DNA of 31,729 bases from a virus. Taxonomy: Duplodnaviria; Caudoviricetes. The notes under the pieces were generated by a model. The model saw nothing but the letters and a program-made list of their open reading frames with translations. It ran no database searches and was not told the DNA's origin. Location of the stretch: positions 1 through 31,729 of the IMG/VR virus record IMGVR_UViG_3300012940_000074, one strand, 5' to 3'. A program made the position numbers and the translations under genes. Positions 9,882-18,624 of the stretch are shown piece after piece. Within the stretch, counting starts at the first letter, position 1. Every line of letters starts with the position of its first letter.

Positions 9882-9910
9882 GGCACTTCACGGGCGGTGG
9901 GTTGGGTTCG

Positions 9911-10981
9911 TTACGCTTCGGAGCCGTCCGAGCCGTAGGCCAGTTGCCAGAAGCCGTAACCGCCGGCAGCGCGTGCCTCGGCGCCGAACTTGAACTTCTT
10001 ACGGTTGAACACGTCGTTGGCTTGGGGATCGATCTGCTGAACGAAGACCGGCGCCTTGCGTTCCTGATAGATGAACGGCTTGACGGCCTTGGTCGTGTCG
10101 AGCAGGTACCAGGCGGTGTCGGACGTCAGGCGCGCATCCTCGACCACCTCGGCCGTGTTCTTGTACGGATTCGGCTTGCCATCTTCCAGCCGGTCGTTGG
10201 TCATCAGGGCGCGGGCGATATCACCCAGGGACGGCGGCACCAGCAGCACGTTCGGCGTGATGTTCAGCGGGCGGCCTTCGTCATCCTTGAACTTGCGCAT
10301 CGCGGTGCGCGCGGCACCATAGCTCGCCTGAGCTGCCGCAAGCGTAGCGATCGACAGTTTCTTGGTACCCTTGTTCGAGACGGAGCCGATGGTGCCGTCA
10401 GCTTGGCGCACCGGGTGATCGGTATCAATGAAGTTCTGGCCGTCGTAGCACTTTGTGGCCATTGCACCGTTCACCACGTCCATCACGATCTCGTCCGGCA
10501 ATTGCGCGGCCGACTCGCCGGCCATTTGTGCCTGCGGACCGTAGATACCGAGGTTGTCGTCCTCGATGTCGTTGCGATCGACCTCGACCGTGGCTTCGAA
10601 GTCATCATTGACGATGGTGTACTTGAAGCCCTCCAGCGCTTTGACGTGCTTTTCGCCGATCCACTTGCGCATCTTCGGAAACTTCGACAGCCAGGCGTAA
10701 TCGTTCTGGCCGGTCGTCGACACCACCTTCATGGCGATCTTGTCCCAGACCTTCGGCGCGGCGCCGAAAGCGTTGTTGAAGGTGGTTTTGAGGCTGATGA
10801 ACAGGTTGTTGAGCGTTTCCTTGTCAACGAGCAGGCCAGCCATCCCGATGGACAGCGCATGCTCGCCCGTTACCGAGGGCGGCAGGATGCCGGCAGCGGC
10901 CGGCATGGAGAAAACGCCGGCCAGCACGCCCAGGGCGATGCTGGCGACGGCGATGGCGGTGATTGCGAAGCGCGATTTCAT
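9911..10981 (-). CDS. Major capsid protein (Mu gpT family) with a hydrophobic N-terminal leader
   Basis: Core YAWLSKFPKMRKWIGEK...FEATVEVDRNDIEDDNLGIY...CYDGQNFIDTDHPV...GYGFWQLAYGS. Start at 10981 (SD AAGGA); alternative ATG at 10843. Confidence 0.93.
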   Translation of the reverse strand: MKSRFAITAIAVASIALGVLAGVFSMPAAAGILPPSVTGEHALSIGMAGLLVDKETLNNLFISLKTTFNNAFGAAPKVWDKIAMKVVSTTGQNDYAWLSKFPKMRKWIGEKHVKALEGFKYTIVNDDFEATVEVDRNDIEDDNLGIYGPQAQMAGESAAQLPDEIVMDVVNGAMATKCYDGQNFIDTDHPVRQADGTIGSVSNKGTKKLSIATLAAAQASYGAARTAMRKFKDDEGRPLNITPNVLLVPPSLGDIARALMTNDRLEDGKPNPYKNTAEVVEDARLTSDTAWYLLDTTKAVKPFIYQERKAPVFVQQIDPQANDVFNRKKFKFGAEARAAGGYGFWQLAYGSDGSEA

Positions 10982-11013
10982 GTGTGCGGTTCCTTGTGTG
11001 TTGCGATTGACGG

Positions 11014-11418
11014 TTACTCGACCCAGACGCCGTCCGTGTCGATGCCGATGACCGTGCCGGCGGGCGAACGCGTGTTCGTGCCGCTGGTTGCCGCAACCGT
11101 CTGGTCGTCGACGATGTAGCAGGTCTTGCCCAGGTCGGCCTGGTCGATTGGGTCGGCGCCCGAGTTCGCCCACTTGAAAGCCTTCTTGCGCCGCACGACG
11201 ATCGACTTGGCGCCGTTCGCGCCGTCGGTGTTGTCGACCGAGTGCTCGGCCCGACCGAGATACGTCAGCGTTGTGGCGGTCGAACCAGGCGCGGCATAGC
11301 CGGCTGCGTTGGCGACGACGATGGCGCCGGCGTAGATCACGGCGTCGGCCGCGACCGGCACCGGCAGGCATTCGCCGTCTTTGTAGGGTGTGTTGCGATC
11401 AGCAGTCAGTGCAGACAT
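11014..11418 (-). CDS. Capsid decoration / cement-like protein
   Basis: 134 aa between protease and capsid genes. ALTADRNTP...PVAA...IYAG...YIVDDQTV...GVWV; SD GGAG. Confidence 0.75.
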   Translation of the reverse strand: MSALTADRNTPYKDGECLPVPVAADAVIYAGAIVVANAAGYAAPGSTATTLTYLGRAEHSVDNTDGANGAKSIVVRRKKAFKWANSGADPIDQADLGKTCYIVDDQTVAATSGTNTRSPAGTVIGIDTDGVWVE

Positions 11419-11458
11419 GGATGCTCCAGGTAGTGCGTGGTGAATCGAACGCAGGCCG

Positions 11459-12025
11459 TCAGGCCTGCTCGGCTTGCTGTGTCTTCAGGAAGTCTTCCTG
11501 TGAGATGCCCATGGCGGCGCACAGTGCGGCCTGGTTGGGCGTGAGGCTGCCGCCCTGATTGGCTGGCGCTTTGCCGCCGGTCTGTGTGCCGTTCAGGTGC
11601 ACGACCGGCGGCGCTTTCTCGATGTACGCGGTCAGCGCAGCCAGATCCTTGGCGCCGAACTCGCGCGCCCACGACTCCATGGACGGCAGCAGCTTGCCGG
11701 CCGCAATCGCGCCGGAGACCAGGTTGTCGATGCGGGTCTTGTTCAGCTCGCCGGTCAACTGCGCGACCTGGCTCTGCAGGTCTTGCACCAGGCCGATGGC
11801 GACGAACTTGGAAGGATCAGGCGTGGCGCCCGACAGGCTGGCGATCTGCTCGCGCTGGGTCTGGATGTGGGCGATCAGGTCAAAGCTGGCGGCGGCGGTG
11901 GCTTCACCTCCCATGCCATCCCTGATTGCCTGGGTCAGCTTTTGAAGCTGGGCCAGGATGTCTTCTGCGGTGCTGCCGACAGGCAGGTTCAGCAGCCAGC
12001 GCAATTGTTCAAGCAGTTCATCCAT
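11459..12025 (-). CDS. Nested in-frame scaffolding protein (Mu gpZ-like)
   Basis: Internal ATG (MDELLEQLRWLLNLP) preceded by SD CAGGAG within an AT-richer linker, as in Mu I/Z. Confidence 0.7.
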   Translation of the reverse strand: MDELLEQLRWLLNLPVGSTAEDILAQLQKLTQAIRDGMGGEATAAASFDLIAHIQTQREQIASLSGATPDPSKFVAIGLVQDLQSQVAQLTGELNKTRIDNLVSGAIAAGKLLPSMESWAREFGAKDLAALTAYIEKAPPVVHLNGTQTGGKAPANQGGSLTPNQAALCAAMGISQEDFLKTQQAEQA

Positions 12026-12631
12026 GCTTTTCTCCTGAGTGAGTGAAGTGGTACGAGGCGACGCGAAAAGCTGGGTCGCAGCAGCTAACAAGACTTCCTC
12101 CATCCCATGGATGGCGGGGTTGTTGGTGATGGCGGCCATGAACAGCGAAACGACATTGCCTTCTTTGTCGTAGCCGATGACCGGGGAGATGTAGCGGTAC
12201 TCGCCGGCCGCGATCATTTCCTTGGCCCGCTCCGTCCACTCCACGTCGACGGCAAACAGGCCGACGCCTTCGCGCCACTCCAGCTTGCGGAACCAGCCGG
12301 CGGCCGGCGCGGGCTGGCCGTTGGTCTGAGCGCGCAGAGTCTGGTGCTCGTAGTCGATGACGTAGGGGTTCTTGCGGGCTGCGGCGGCATTGATCAGTAC
12401 CTCGGCAAGCGCAGCGTCGATGTGCCAGTGCGGCGCATCTTCGGGTCGCCCGTCGAAGCCGCGGAAGTCGCCGGCCGGCATGAGCTGCAGTTCATTCCCG
12501 GCAGTGACGGCCAAGGAGCATGCCGCCAGCCCGGTCAGGGCGGCGGTGGCGCTGCGGGCGCCAAGCGCGGCGACCAAAACCGGAGCGGAGGTGGCGGCAG
12601 ACAGCGCAGCGATGTGTGGCGTGGAGTGCAT
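11459..12631 (-). CDS. Prohead protease I (Mu gp32-like) with C-terminal scaffold domain
   Basis: IDYEHQT, PAPAAGW, VEWTERA, EYRYISPV and AAITNNPA motifs. Confidence 0.93.
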   Translation of the reverse strand: MHSTPHIAALSAATSAPVLVAALGARSATAALTGLAACSLAVTAGNELQLMPAGDFRGFDGRPEDAPHWHIDAALAEVLINAAAARKNPYVIDYEHQTLRAQTNGQPAPAAGWFRKLEWREGVGLFAVDVEWTERAKEMIAAGEYRYISPVIGYDKEGNVVSLFMAAITNNPAIHGMEEVLLAAATQLFASPRTTSLTQEKSMDELLEQLRWLLNLPVGSTAEDILAQLQKLTQAIRDGMGGEATAAASFDLIAHIQTQREQIASLSGATPDPSKFVAIGLVQDLQSQVAQLTGELNKTRIDNLVSGAIAAGKLLPSMESWAREFGAKDLAALTAYIEKAPPVVHLNGTQTGGKAPANQGGSLTPNQAALCAAMGISQEDFLKTQQAEQA

Positions 12632-12637
12632 GCCCGC

Positions 12638-12682
12638 ATCGTGTCAGCGCGCGCGCAGGCTGCCACTACTGACACCTGTCAG
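12638..12682 (-). promoter_or_regulatory. Activator-dependent late promoter (PI-like)
   Basis: Palindrome CTGACA-CC-TGTCAG (12669-12682), 25-bp spacer, then -10-like CACGAT (12643-12638). Confidence 0.7.
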
Positions 12683-12699
12683 CGGTGTGTTTCAGGGGG

Positions 12700-12870
12700 G
12701 ATTTGCGGGAAACCGCGATATTGAGGGACGGCAATGGAGCCGCGAATCGAAAACGAGGCCGTTAAAGCCGCGTTAAAAACTTCCGCCGCCCAATCGGTGC
12801 GGGTATGTACTGCCCGGCACCGTTAAAAACGCTCCAATCGGCCGAAATCCGAACCGGGTTTTGCGCTCGG
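12700..12870. other. Candidate strong gyrase site (SGS)-like element
   Basis: Non-coding G-I interval, where Mu carries its SGS. Short A/T tracts in roughly helical phase and three CGTTAAA copies. Confidence 0.5.
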
Positions 12871-13398
12871 TCAATCGAGCAGGTATTGACGTATCCGCTC
12901 CAGGATCGCCTCGGCCTCGGTCGGCGCCAGCTCGTTGCCGGCAGTGACCGGCAGGAACGGGCGCGCGGGGATGTCGCCCCAGAGGTGGGGGAACTCGCTC
13001 TTCTGACCACCGAACTGCTGCATGCGAGCATAGCGCATTGATGAGCCCAGAGTCAGCGATTCGTCAGTGGCCTCGTAGAAGATCTGGCGCGCCAGGTCGC
13101 CGGACTCGCCCTGCAGCGGCCGCTTGCCGGTTGCGAGCTTCTGGCCGCGCGCGGTGATCTTGCCGGTCTTCTTGGAGAACCCGCCGCGCTTGTTCAGATA
13201 GGCGATCAGCGTGGCCTGGGTGTTCGGCTTCCACCTGGTGCCGTCCGGCGCCGTTGCCGTCGCAAAGCGCTGCTTCGTGCGCTCGGTCATGTCTTCGCCG
13301 AGCGCGAGCAGGACCGGCTGCATGTTGTCGATGCGGTCGGCCAGCTCGCGTAACGCAGCGGCGGCGACTTCGTGCGTGGTCTCGATCGTCTTGCTCAT
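12871..13398 (-). CDS. Virion morphogenesis protein (Mu gpG-like)
   Basis: RF...APDGTRWKP, YARMQQFGG and IPARPFLP motifs. Confidence 0.9.
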   Translation of the reverse strand: MSKTIETTHEVAAAALRELADRIDNMQPVLLALGEDMTERTKQRFATATAPDGTRWKPNTQATLIAYLNKRGGFSKKTGKITARGQKLATGKRPLQGESGDLARQIFYEATDESLTLGSSMRYARMQQFGGQKSEFPHLWGDIPARPFLPVTAGNELAPTEAEAILERIRQYLLD

Positions 13399-13420
13399 GG
13401 ATTTGCCCTATACTGGAGCC

Positions 13421-13511
13421 GTGAGCGGGTGAGGCGTGGAAATTCGGAGTCCACGCTCACGGGCGGCAACGCCAAGTGCATGGAGGGACGTCCGGCCTCC
13501 CACTCGCTCAT
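13421..13511 (+). ncRNA. Putative cloverleaf/tRNA-like structured RNA convergent on gpF
   Basis: Four helices found by hand. G-U pairs and a GCAA tetraloop favour the + strand. TATACT at 13409-13414 lies 7 nt before helix 1. Confidence 0.55.
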
Positions 13512-14779
13512 TTCACTACTTCGAAGAATCCCCCCTTGATTTCCCCATCGATCGCCTCGCGCGGCACCTTGAATGCCGAGACGATCATGTTCGTCTCGCC
13601 CTTGTTTCTCTTCAGCTTGTAATCGAACTCGACGACAAGCCGGACCTCGCGGCTGTCGCCGGATGCGGCCACATAGATCAGCTTGCCGCTGCGGCGGTCG
13701 AAAAGAATCTGCAGCGGTTGTTCCAGGATCGCGGGCAGCATGCCCCACTCGTCGGCCGTCAACGCATCGCCGGCCTGCTGGTGGCGCAATGCCTTCTTGC
13801 CGATGATGAGCCTGTCCTGCACCGCGATCTCGGCCGACGCCGGCACCAGGTTCTTCTGCTCGGCCAGCCAGTCCAGCGTTTCACGGTCCATGGCGCCCAC
13901 GATGGCAACGCGCCTGCGCATGACGGGATCGGCCAGCACGTCGTCGATGAATGCACGAAAGAACGTTGCCGTCTCGGCCTGCAGAACGGGCCGCATGGCC
14001 TCGTACATGGCGGCGCCGACCGGGGCGTCGAGGCGGATCAGCTTTTCGTCGATCAGTTCCTGCAGCGATCGGGCCACATTCGCGCCTGGTGCGTAGTCGA
14101 AGCCATGATCGATGCCGACCGGCGCGCCGGTCGTCGGGTCGATCTCGCTCCATTTGCGATCGGGCGTCGTCTTTCCTGCGGCCTGGGCTTTCTCGAACTC
14201 GTTGGCGTCGACCGCCGTCACCCGGCACTGGCAGCCCCAACCATTCGGCGGGAAGTGCGCCACCCAGAAAGGATGCTCGTGGTGCAGCACCATGCCGTTC
14301 CAAGCCAGGTGCAACGGGCGCGGGTGCATGACACCATCGGAATGGACGTAGCGCCAGTACGGCCGCAGGGCCAGCAGCGCGGGATTCTTGAGCTGCTTCC
14401 AGCGGCCGGCCGCGTAGCTGGTCGACATGTTGGTCTGGTAGATCACGCGCGTGCGCCAGGCGTAGCCCGCTTGGCTGCCTTCGCCTTTCCAGCCGGTCCA
14501 GCCGTGCTTGGCCACCACCGCGTTAAATTCCTTGCGAAAGGCTTCGATGCCGGCGCCGTCTTCGATCCGGCGCGCCATTGCCCGGTGCAGGTCGTTGACC
14601 AAGTCGGCCTGGGCGGCGCCGGCGACGATGAAGGCGCGGTCGTGCGCGGCCTTCCAGATGTCGTCCCAGGCGTCGCTGGGCAGGGCCAGCTTGCGTCTGA
14701 AGAAGTCGAGCTGTTCGGCGAACGGCGTGTTCTCGTAGCCGTTCTCCGTTTTGGCCGGCGTCTGGATCGCGATCGGCAT
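13508..14779 (-). CDS. Head morphogenesis protein gpF (MuF) with a C-terminal BECR/PBECR-like extension
   Basis: MuF core (AFIVAGA...RTRVIYQTN...HLAWNG...FPPNGWGCQCRV...GFDYAPG) plus a ~150-aa tail (KKALRH...LPAILEQP...FDRRSGKLIYV...IVSAF). Confidence 0.9.
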   Translation of the reverse strand: MPIAIQTPAKTENGYENTPFAEQLDFFRRKLALPSDAWDDIWKAAHDRAFIVAGAAQADLVNDLHRAMARRIEDGAGIEAFRKEFNAVVAKHGWTGWKGEGSQAGYAWRTRVIYQTNMSTSYAAGRWKQLKNPALLALRPYWRYVHSDGVMHPRPLHLAWNGMVLHHEHPFWVAHFPPNGWGCQCRVTAVDANEFEKAQAAGKTTPDRKWSEIDPTTGAPVGIDHGFDYAPGANVARSLQELIDEKLIRLDAPVGAAMYEAMRPVLQAETATFFRAFIDDVLADPVMRRRVAIVGAMDRETLDWLAEQKNLVPASAEIAVQDRLIIGKKALRHQQAGDALTADEWGMLPAILEQPLQILFDRRSGKLIYVAASGDSREVRLVVEFDYKLKRNKGETNMIVSAFKVPREAIDGEIKGGFFEVVK

Positions 14780-14780
14780 G

Positions 14781-16355
14781 CTACTTGCCGTCCGCCACGT
14801 CGCTCATGCCCTTGAGCTCGGCCAGGGCGAACGCGGCGGCCATCAGCTTGACCAGCTCGTCCTGCGGCTTGCCGCCGAACTGCTCGACCATGGCCTTTTG
14901 CAGAGCGGTCAGATCGGCGGTCTGATCGACCAATGCCTGGATGCGGTCAAGCATGGCAGACCACGCGAGGTCGGCGCTCTGCGCCAGCGCCTCGGTTTCG
15001 GTCTCCACGGGGTCTTCCGGCAGGGTTGCGGACAGGGCTGCTCTACGCAGGGCTGATAGCGCTGTGGCTGTGGCTGTGGCTGCGGATTCCGGCTGCGCCG
15101 TCGGCTGCAGCACAGCCTCGCCCTTCTGCGGCTGCGGAATGCGCAGCTTTTCCTGCGCCCATGACACCGGCACCTGGACGCCGGCGTCGACGAGCTTTGG
15201 CAGTGCCTCGGCGTACAGCTTCAGATCGGCCGGCTCGCCCAAATCGAACTCGAAGCGCGGGCAGCGCGCCAGGCCGTCCACGCCGCCCCGGTTTAACGCG
15301 ATCAGCGGATAGACCAGGTCACGCGTCAGCGTTGCGGCGATTTGCCGCGCATCACCACGCCGGATGTCGTGCCGCACTTCGTTGTGCACCTTGCCGAGTG
15401 CATAGCTGCCGCCGCCGTTGTTGCCGGTGTCTGCCGACAACGTCTGGCCCAGAATCGACTTGCTCTGCGACTTCTCGGCCCACTGCATCATCTTCAGGTG
15501 CGCGGACTCGCCGGCACCACCGGTGATCTTCTGGATTTCGATCTGCATGTCGGCCGGCATGATCGCCCGCGCGTCATGTCCCAGCGCCGTGACCGCACGC
15601 AGCAGCGAGGCTTTTTCTTCCGGGTTGGCCCCGGCGTGATACTTGCCGAGGATGATAGGCAGACCATAGGTTTCGAGGAACTCGGCGAAGTCACCCAGCG
15701 CATAGGCCTTGTACAGGAACGGCCACACCAGCGTGCGATGCAGGCCCAGGCGCCCGCCATAGCCGCTCTTGGCCTTGCCGTGCGTGTGCATGATCCAGCC
15801 GAACGGCACCAGTGGCGTGCCCTCGACCGAGCAGTCCATCAGGCGCAGCTCCGTGCGGGACGGGTCGAGCCGGAACCACTCTTGTGGCCGTGGGTGAAAC
15901 TCCGGCAGCAGCTCGCGGCCTTCCTTGCGCCACTCCAGCTCGACCGGCGCGAAACCGTGGCCTGGGCCTTCCATTAACGCCAGCAGCAGATCCTCGATCG
16001 GATCGGCCGCGTCCTGCAGCACCTCCTGCACCCACTCGGCCGATGCCTTCTCGGCGGCCGTGGCATTGCGCGGCGGGACGATGCTCCAGTTCAGGCCGAC
16101 GATCGCGTTCTTGCGCTTGTCCATCTCGGCGCGCAGATGGCCGTCGCGCTCTTCCATGTCGGCGAACAGCCGGTGCTGGTCGAGCAGGTTGCCCTGGTCG
16201 GCATCCTGCAGCACGCGCGCCAGGCGCGCCGGCGTCAGCCCGCCGAGCATGGGCGTCAGATACTGGTTGTGCAGGGCCGTGATGTGCGCGGTCTGCGGCT
16301 CTTTCAGCGCGCCGGTGTCGATCGGCCTGCCATACTGGTCGATGATCTTGGTCAC
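14781..16355 (-). CDS. Portal protein (Mu gp29 / DUF935)
   Basis: 524 aa. IIDQYGRP, DMEERD, FLETYGLP, SKSILGQTL and ALGKVHNEVR motifs. Confidence 0.95.
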   Translation of the reverse strand: MTKIIDQYGRPIDTGALKEPQTAHITALHNQYLTPMLGGLTPARLARVLQDADQGNLLDQHRLFADMEERDGHLRAEMDKRKNAIVGLNWSIVPPRNATAAEKASAEWVQEVLQDAADPIEDLLLALMEGPGHGFAPVELEWRKEGRELLPEFHPRPQEWFRLDPSRTELRLMDCSVEGTPLVPFGWIMHTHGKAKSGYGGRLGLHRTLVWPFLYKAYALGDFAEFLETYGLPIILGKYHAGANPEEKASLLRAVTALGHDARAIMPADMQIEIQKITGGAGESAHLKMMQWAEKSQSKSILGQTLSADTGNNGGGSYALGKVHNEVRHDIRRGDARQIAATLTRDLVYPLIALNRGGVDGLARCPRFEFDLGEPADLKLYAEALPKLVDAGVQVPVSWAQEKLRIPQPQKGEAVLQPTAQPESAATATATALSALRRAALSATLPEDPVETETEALAQSADLAWSAMLDRIQALVDQTADLTALQKAMVEQFGGKPQDELVKLMAAAFALAELKGMSDVADGK

Positions 16356-18118
16356 AGCATGCTCCTGGAACTGGTGTCGAAGTCGTCGCGCCCGGCACTT
16401 GCGCCGCGCCGGCCGACGCTCTGGAAGTCGTCATAGGTGGCCGTGCCGCGCGTAATCGCCACCCACCACAGCAGGTGCAGCGCGGTCAGGCCGTCGTAGT
16501 GGTGGTTGGTCTGCGGCTCCGGCCAGGTGTCCAGCTCGGACAGCAGCTGCGTGAGCTTGGCGTGCAACAGGATCGCCGGGAAGATCTGGTCCGTGATGTA
16601 CGGCTCCAGCGAGTCGATCCGCACCTCGGGCGGGACGGTAGCCGTCACGCCGACCAGCGGCAGCGGCACGCCGGCCTGCAGCCCGGCCTGGATGAAGGTC
16701 TGCCGGGAGTGCTCGTATGCGTTGTTGTTCTCGAACGCGATCGCGCGGCAACCGAACTCGCGCTGTGTCGATATCAGGTCGGCCTCCAGCTTGGACGGCA
16801 CGCGGCGCTTGATCCACGCCTCCATGACGTGCAGGCGCTTCATCTTCGGGTCCAGCCCGCCCACCACGATCGCAGACGGGTCGGACTTCTCACCTTTGCC
16901 CATGGAGGGGTCGCAGGCGCCGAAGATGATCCAGTCCGCCATGCGCTGCACCCAGAACGTGATGTTGCCGAACACCTTGTCGTCGTCGCTGCGCGGATCG
17001 CCCTGCATTTCTGTGTTAAACGCCTTCGGCGCCGTGGCGCGCTGGCGCATCAGCCAGAACAGCGAGCGCACGGCCGGCCAGGAGACCACGGCGCCAAGAT
17101 CCATTTCGGCTTTGTGCGCCAGGTAGAAGCGATACGAGGGCAGCTCATTCTCCGGAATGACCTTGCCCTCCTTCGCCGCGGCTTCGACCGCGCGGGCATC
17201 CTCATTGCGCATTAACGCCTCACACTGCTCCCACAGCGCCATGTCCTTCGGCAGCTCTACGATTGCGCGGAAGTGGTGGACGACATGCCCGATGGTCCGC
17301 CTGGCGCGGCTGATCGGATCATCCTTGTCCAGGATGGTGCCGACACCGGCATACTTCACCGTGCCATCGGGCGGGCCGAGGTAGTCGATCGCCTTGGTCA
17401 ACCAGTTCCAGCGGTTCTCGCGCTCGGTCGGGCTCTTGGCCTCGGCGTCGGTGATCAGGTCATCGCCCATCAGGAGCTTCGGGCGGCTGGCGCCGTGGAA
17501 CGTGCCCCGGATCGCCTGCTCCGCCCCGAACGGCTCCACTTTCACGCCAGTCTTCGTGACGCACTCGCCGACCTTCCATGTCGGGCCCTTGCCGCACACC
17601 TCGGGGAAGTCGAGTGCAAGCGCGGCATTGACGGTCAGCTCCGTCTTGACCACTTCGAGCAGCTTGGTCGGCAGCTTGGTCTCGGCACCGAGCAGGATGA
17701 TGTAGTCGATGAAAGGCGGCAGCGGCCCGGCCCAGCCGATCTCGGATCGAATCTCCGGCCGCTGCAGGAGCGCCTGGACGGCGCACCACACCGGGCCGAT
17801 CTTGGTCAGCAGCGACGACTTGGCCTCGCCGCGCGGCGCGATCCACCATTCCTTGACGCCGCCCACCTGGCGCAGCAGTTGCGGAAAGCGATCGCAGAAC
17901 TGCGCCTGGAACAGCGACGGTTCGCCCCGGACGTGGTGCGGAAAATAGGTGTAGGCGAAGAAGCGGAAGTCGCCCATCAGCACGCGCTTGCGACGCGCGG
18001 CGATCGCCTTCGGCGATGCGTCCAGTCCGACTTGGTGCGCCTTGATGTCACGCCGCAGCTGGCCGACCAGGTCGGACAGTTCGTTGCGGAATTCCTTGGC
18101 CGTTAAATCGGGCTTCAT
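16352..18118 (-). CDS. Terminase large subunit
   Basis: 588 aa. Walker A-like APRGEAKSS, RPKLLMGDD, nuclease-domain DPSMG...DPSA and HYDGLTAL. Confidence 0.92.
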   Translation of the reverse strand: MKPDLTAKEFRNELSDLVGQLRRDIKAHQVGLDASPKAIAARRKRVLMGDFRFFAYTYFPHHVRGEPSLFQAQFCDRFPQLLRQVGGVKEWWIAPRGEAKSSLLTKIGPVWCAVQALLQRPEIRSEIGWAGPLPPFIDYIILLGAETKLPTKLLEVVKTELTVNAALALDFPEVCGKGPTWKVGECVTKTGVKVEPFGAEQAIRGTFHGASRPKLLMGDDLITDAEAKSPTERENRWNWLTKAIDYLGPPDGTVKYAGVGTILDKDDPISRARRTIGHVVHHFRAIVELPKDMALWEQCEALMRNEDARAVEAAAKEGKVIPENELPSYRFYLAHKAEMDLGAVVSWPAVRSLFWLMRQRATAPKAFNTEMQGDPRSDDDKVFGNITFWVQRMADWIIFGACDPSMGKGEKSDPSAIVVGGLDPKMKRLHVMEAWIKRRVPSKLEADLISTQREFGCRAIAFENNNAYEHSRQTFIQAGLQAGVPLPLVGVTATVPPEVRIDSLEPYITDQIFPAILLHAKLTQLLSELDTWPEPQTNHHYDGLTALHLLWWVAITRGTATYDDFQSVGRRGASAGRDDFDTSSRSML

Positions 18119-18624
18119 TTCGCGTCCGCCAGGATCTTGGGCAGCACGTCGCCGAACGGCTCCAGGATCTCGACCAGGACGCTGCCATGTTGAGGGAACC
18201 GCTCCTGGACGAATTCGGCCAGGCCGCGAATGACCGTCATGCCGATCGCCAGGCTGTTGGCTTCGGGCAGGAACTTCTTCATCGCGGACATGCTCTTGTG
18301 GATGTTGTCCATCAAGCTGGAGAGCAGCTCGACGCGCGTCGCAGCCTCCATCTCCTGGTCGTCCTTGATCAGCTCCAGCACGCTGTTGAACTGGACCAGC
18401 ATCTCGGTCAGGATCTGCTGCGCGAGCTGCTCGACGTCGCCGCCGGCCAGGGCGGAGGCGCTGCGCACCTTGTCCCAGTCGTCGCCTTCCGCTGCGGCTT
18501 TGTCGCGCCAGCGCTTGGCCGTGGTGTAGGCGACGCCGGCGAGCCTGGCCGCCTGCTCCAGGGAGAGGCGGTCGAAAACATAATGCTTGCGCACCAGGGC
18601 ACGCACATCGGCGCTCTTTGCCAT
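18115..18624 (-). CDS. Putative terminase small subunit (DUF1804-like)
   Basis: N-terminal HTH followed by GDDWDK; directly upstream of the large subunit. Confidence 0.8.
   Translation of the reverse strand: MAKSADVRALVRKHYVFDRLSLEQAARLAGVAYTTAKRWRDKAAAEGDDWDKVRSASALAGGDVEQLAQQILTEMLVQFNSVLELIKDDQEMEAATRVELLSSLMDNIHKSMSAMKKFLPEANSLAIGMTVIRGLAEFVQERFPQHGSVLVEILEPFGDVLPKILADAK

Noticed and set aside
12632-12870. Anti-CRISPR locus at the G-I position used by D3112-like phages
   Set aside because: Only 239 bp, with no credible ORF or aca-like gene. It is occupied by the promoter and A-tract DNA.
13421-13511. Canonical tRNA gene
   Set aside because: No TTC T-loop, no 7-nt anticodon loop, no CCA, and arm lengths are wrong. 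Kept only as tRNA-like.
15061-15083. (GCTGTG)n microsatellite in the portal gene as a phase-variation tract
   Set aside because: An in-frame 6-bp unit encoding a Thr-Ala linker; slippage would not shift the frame.
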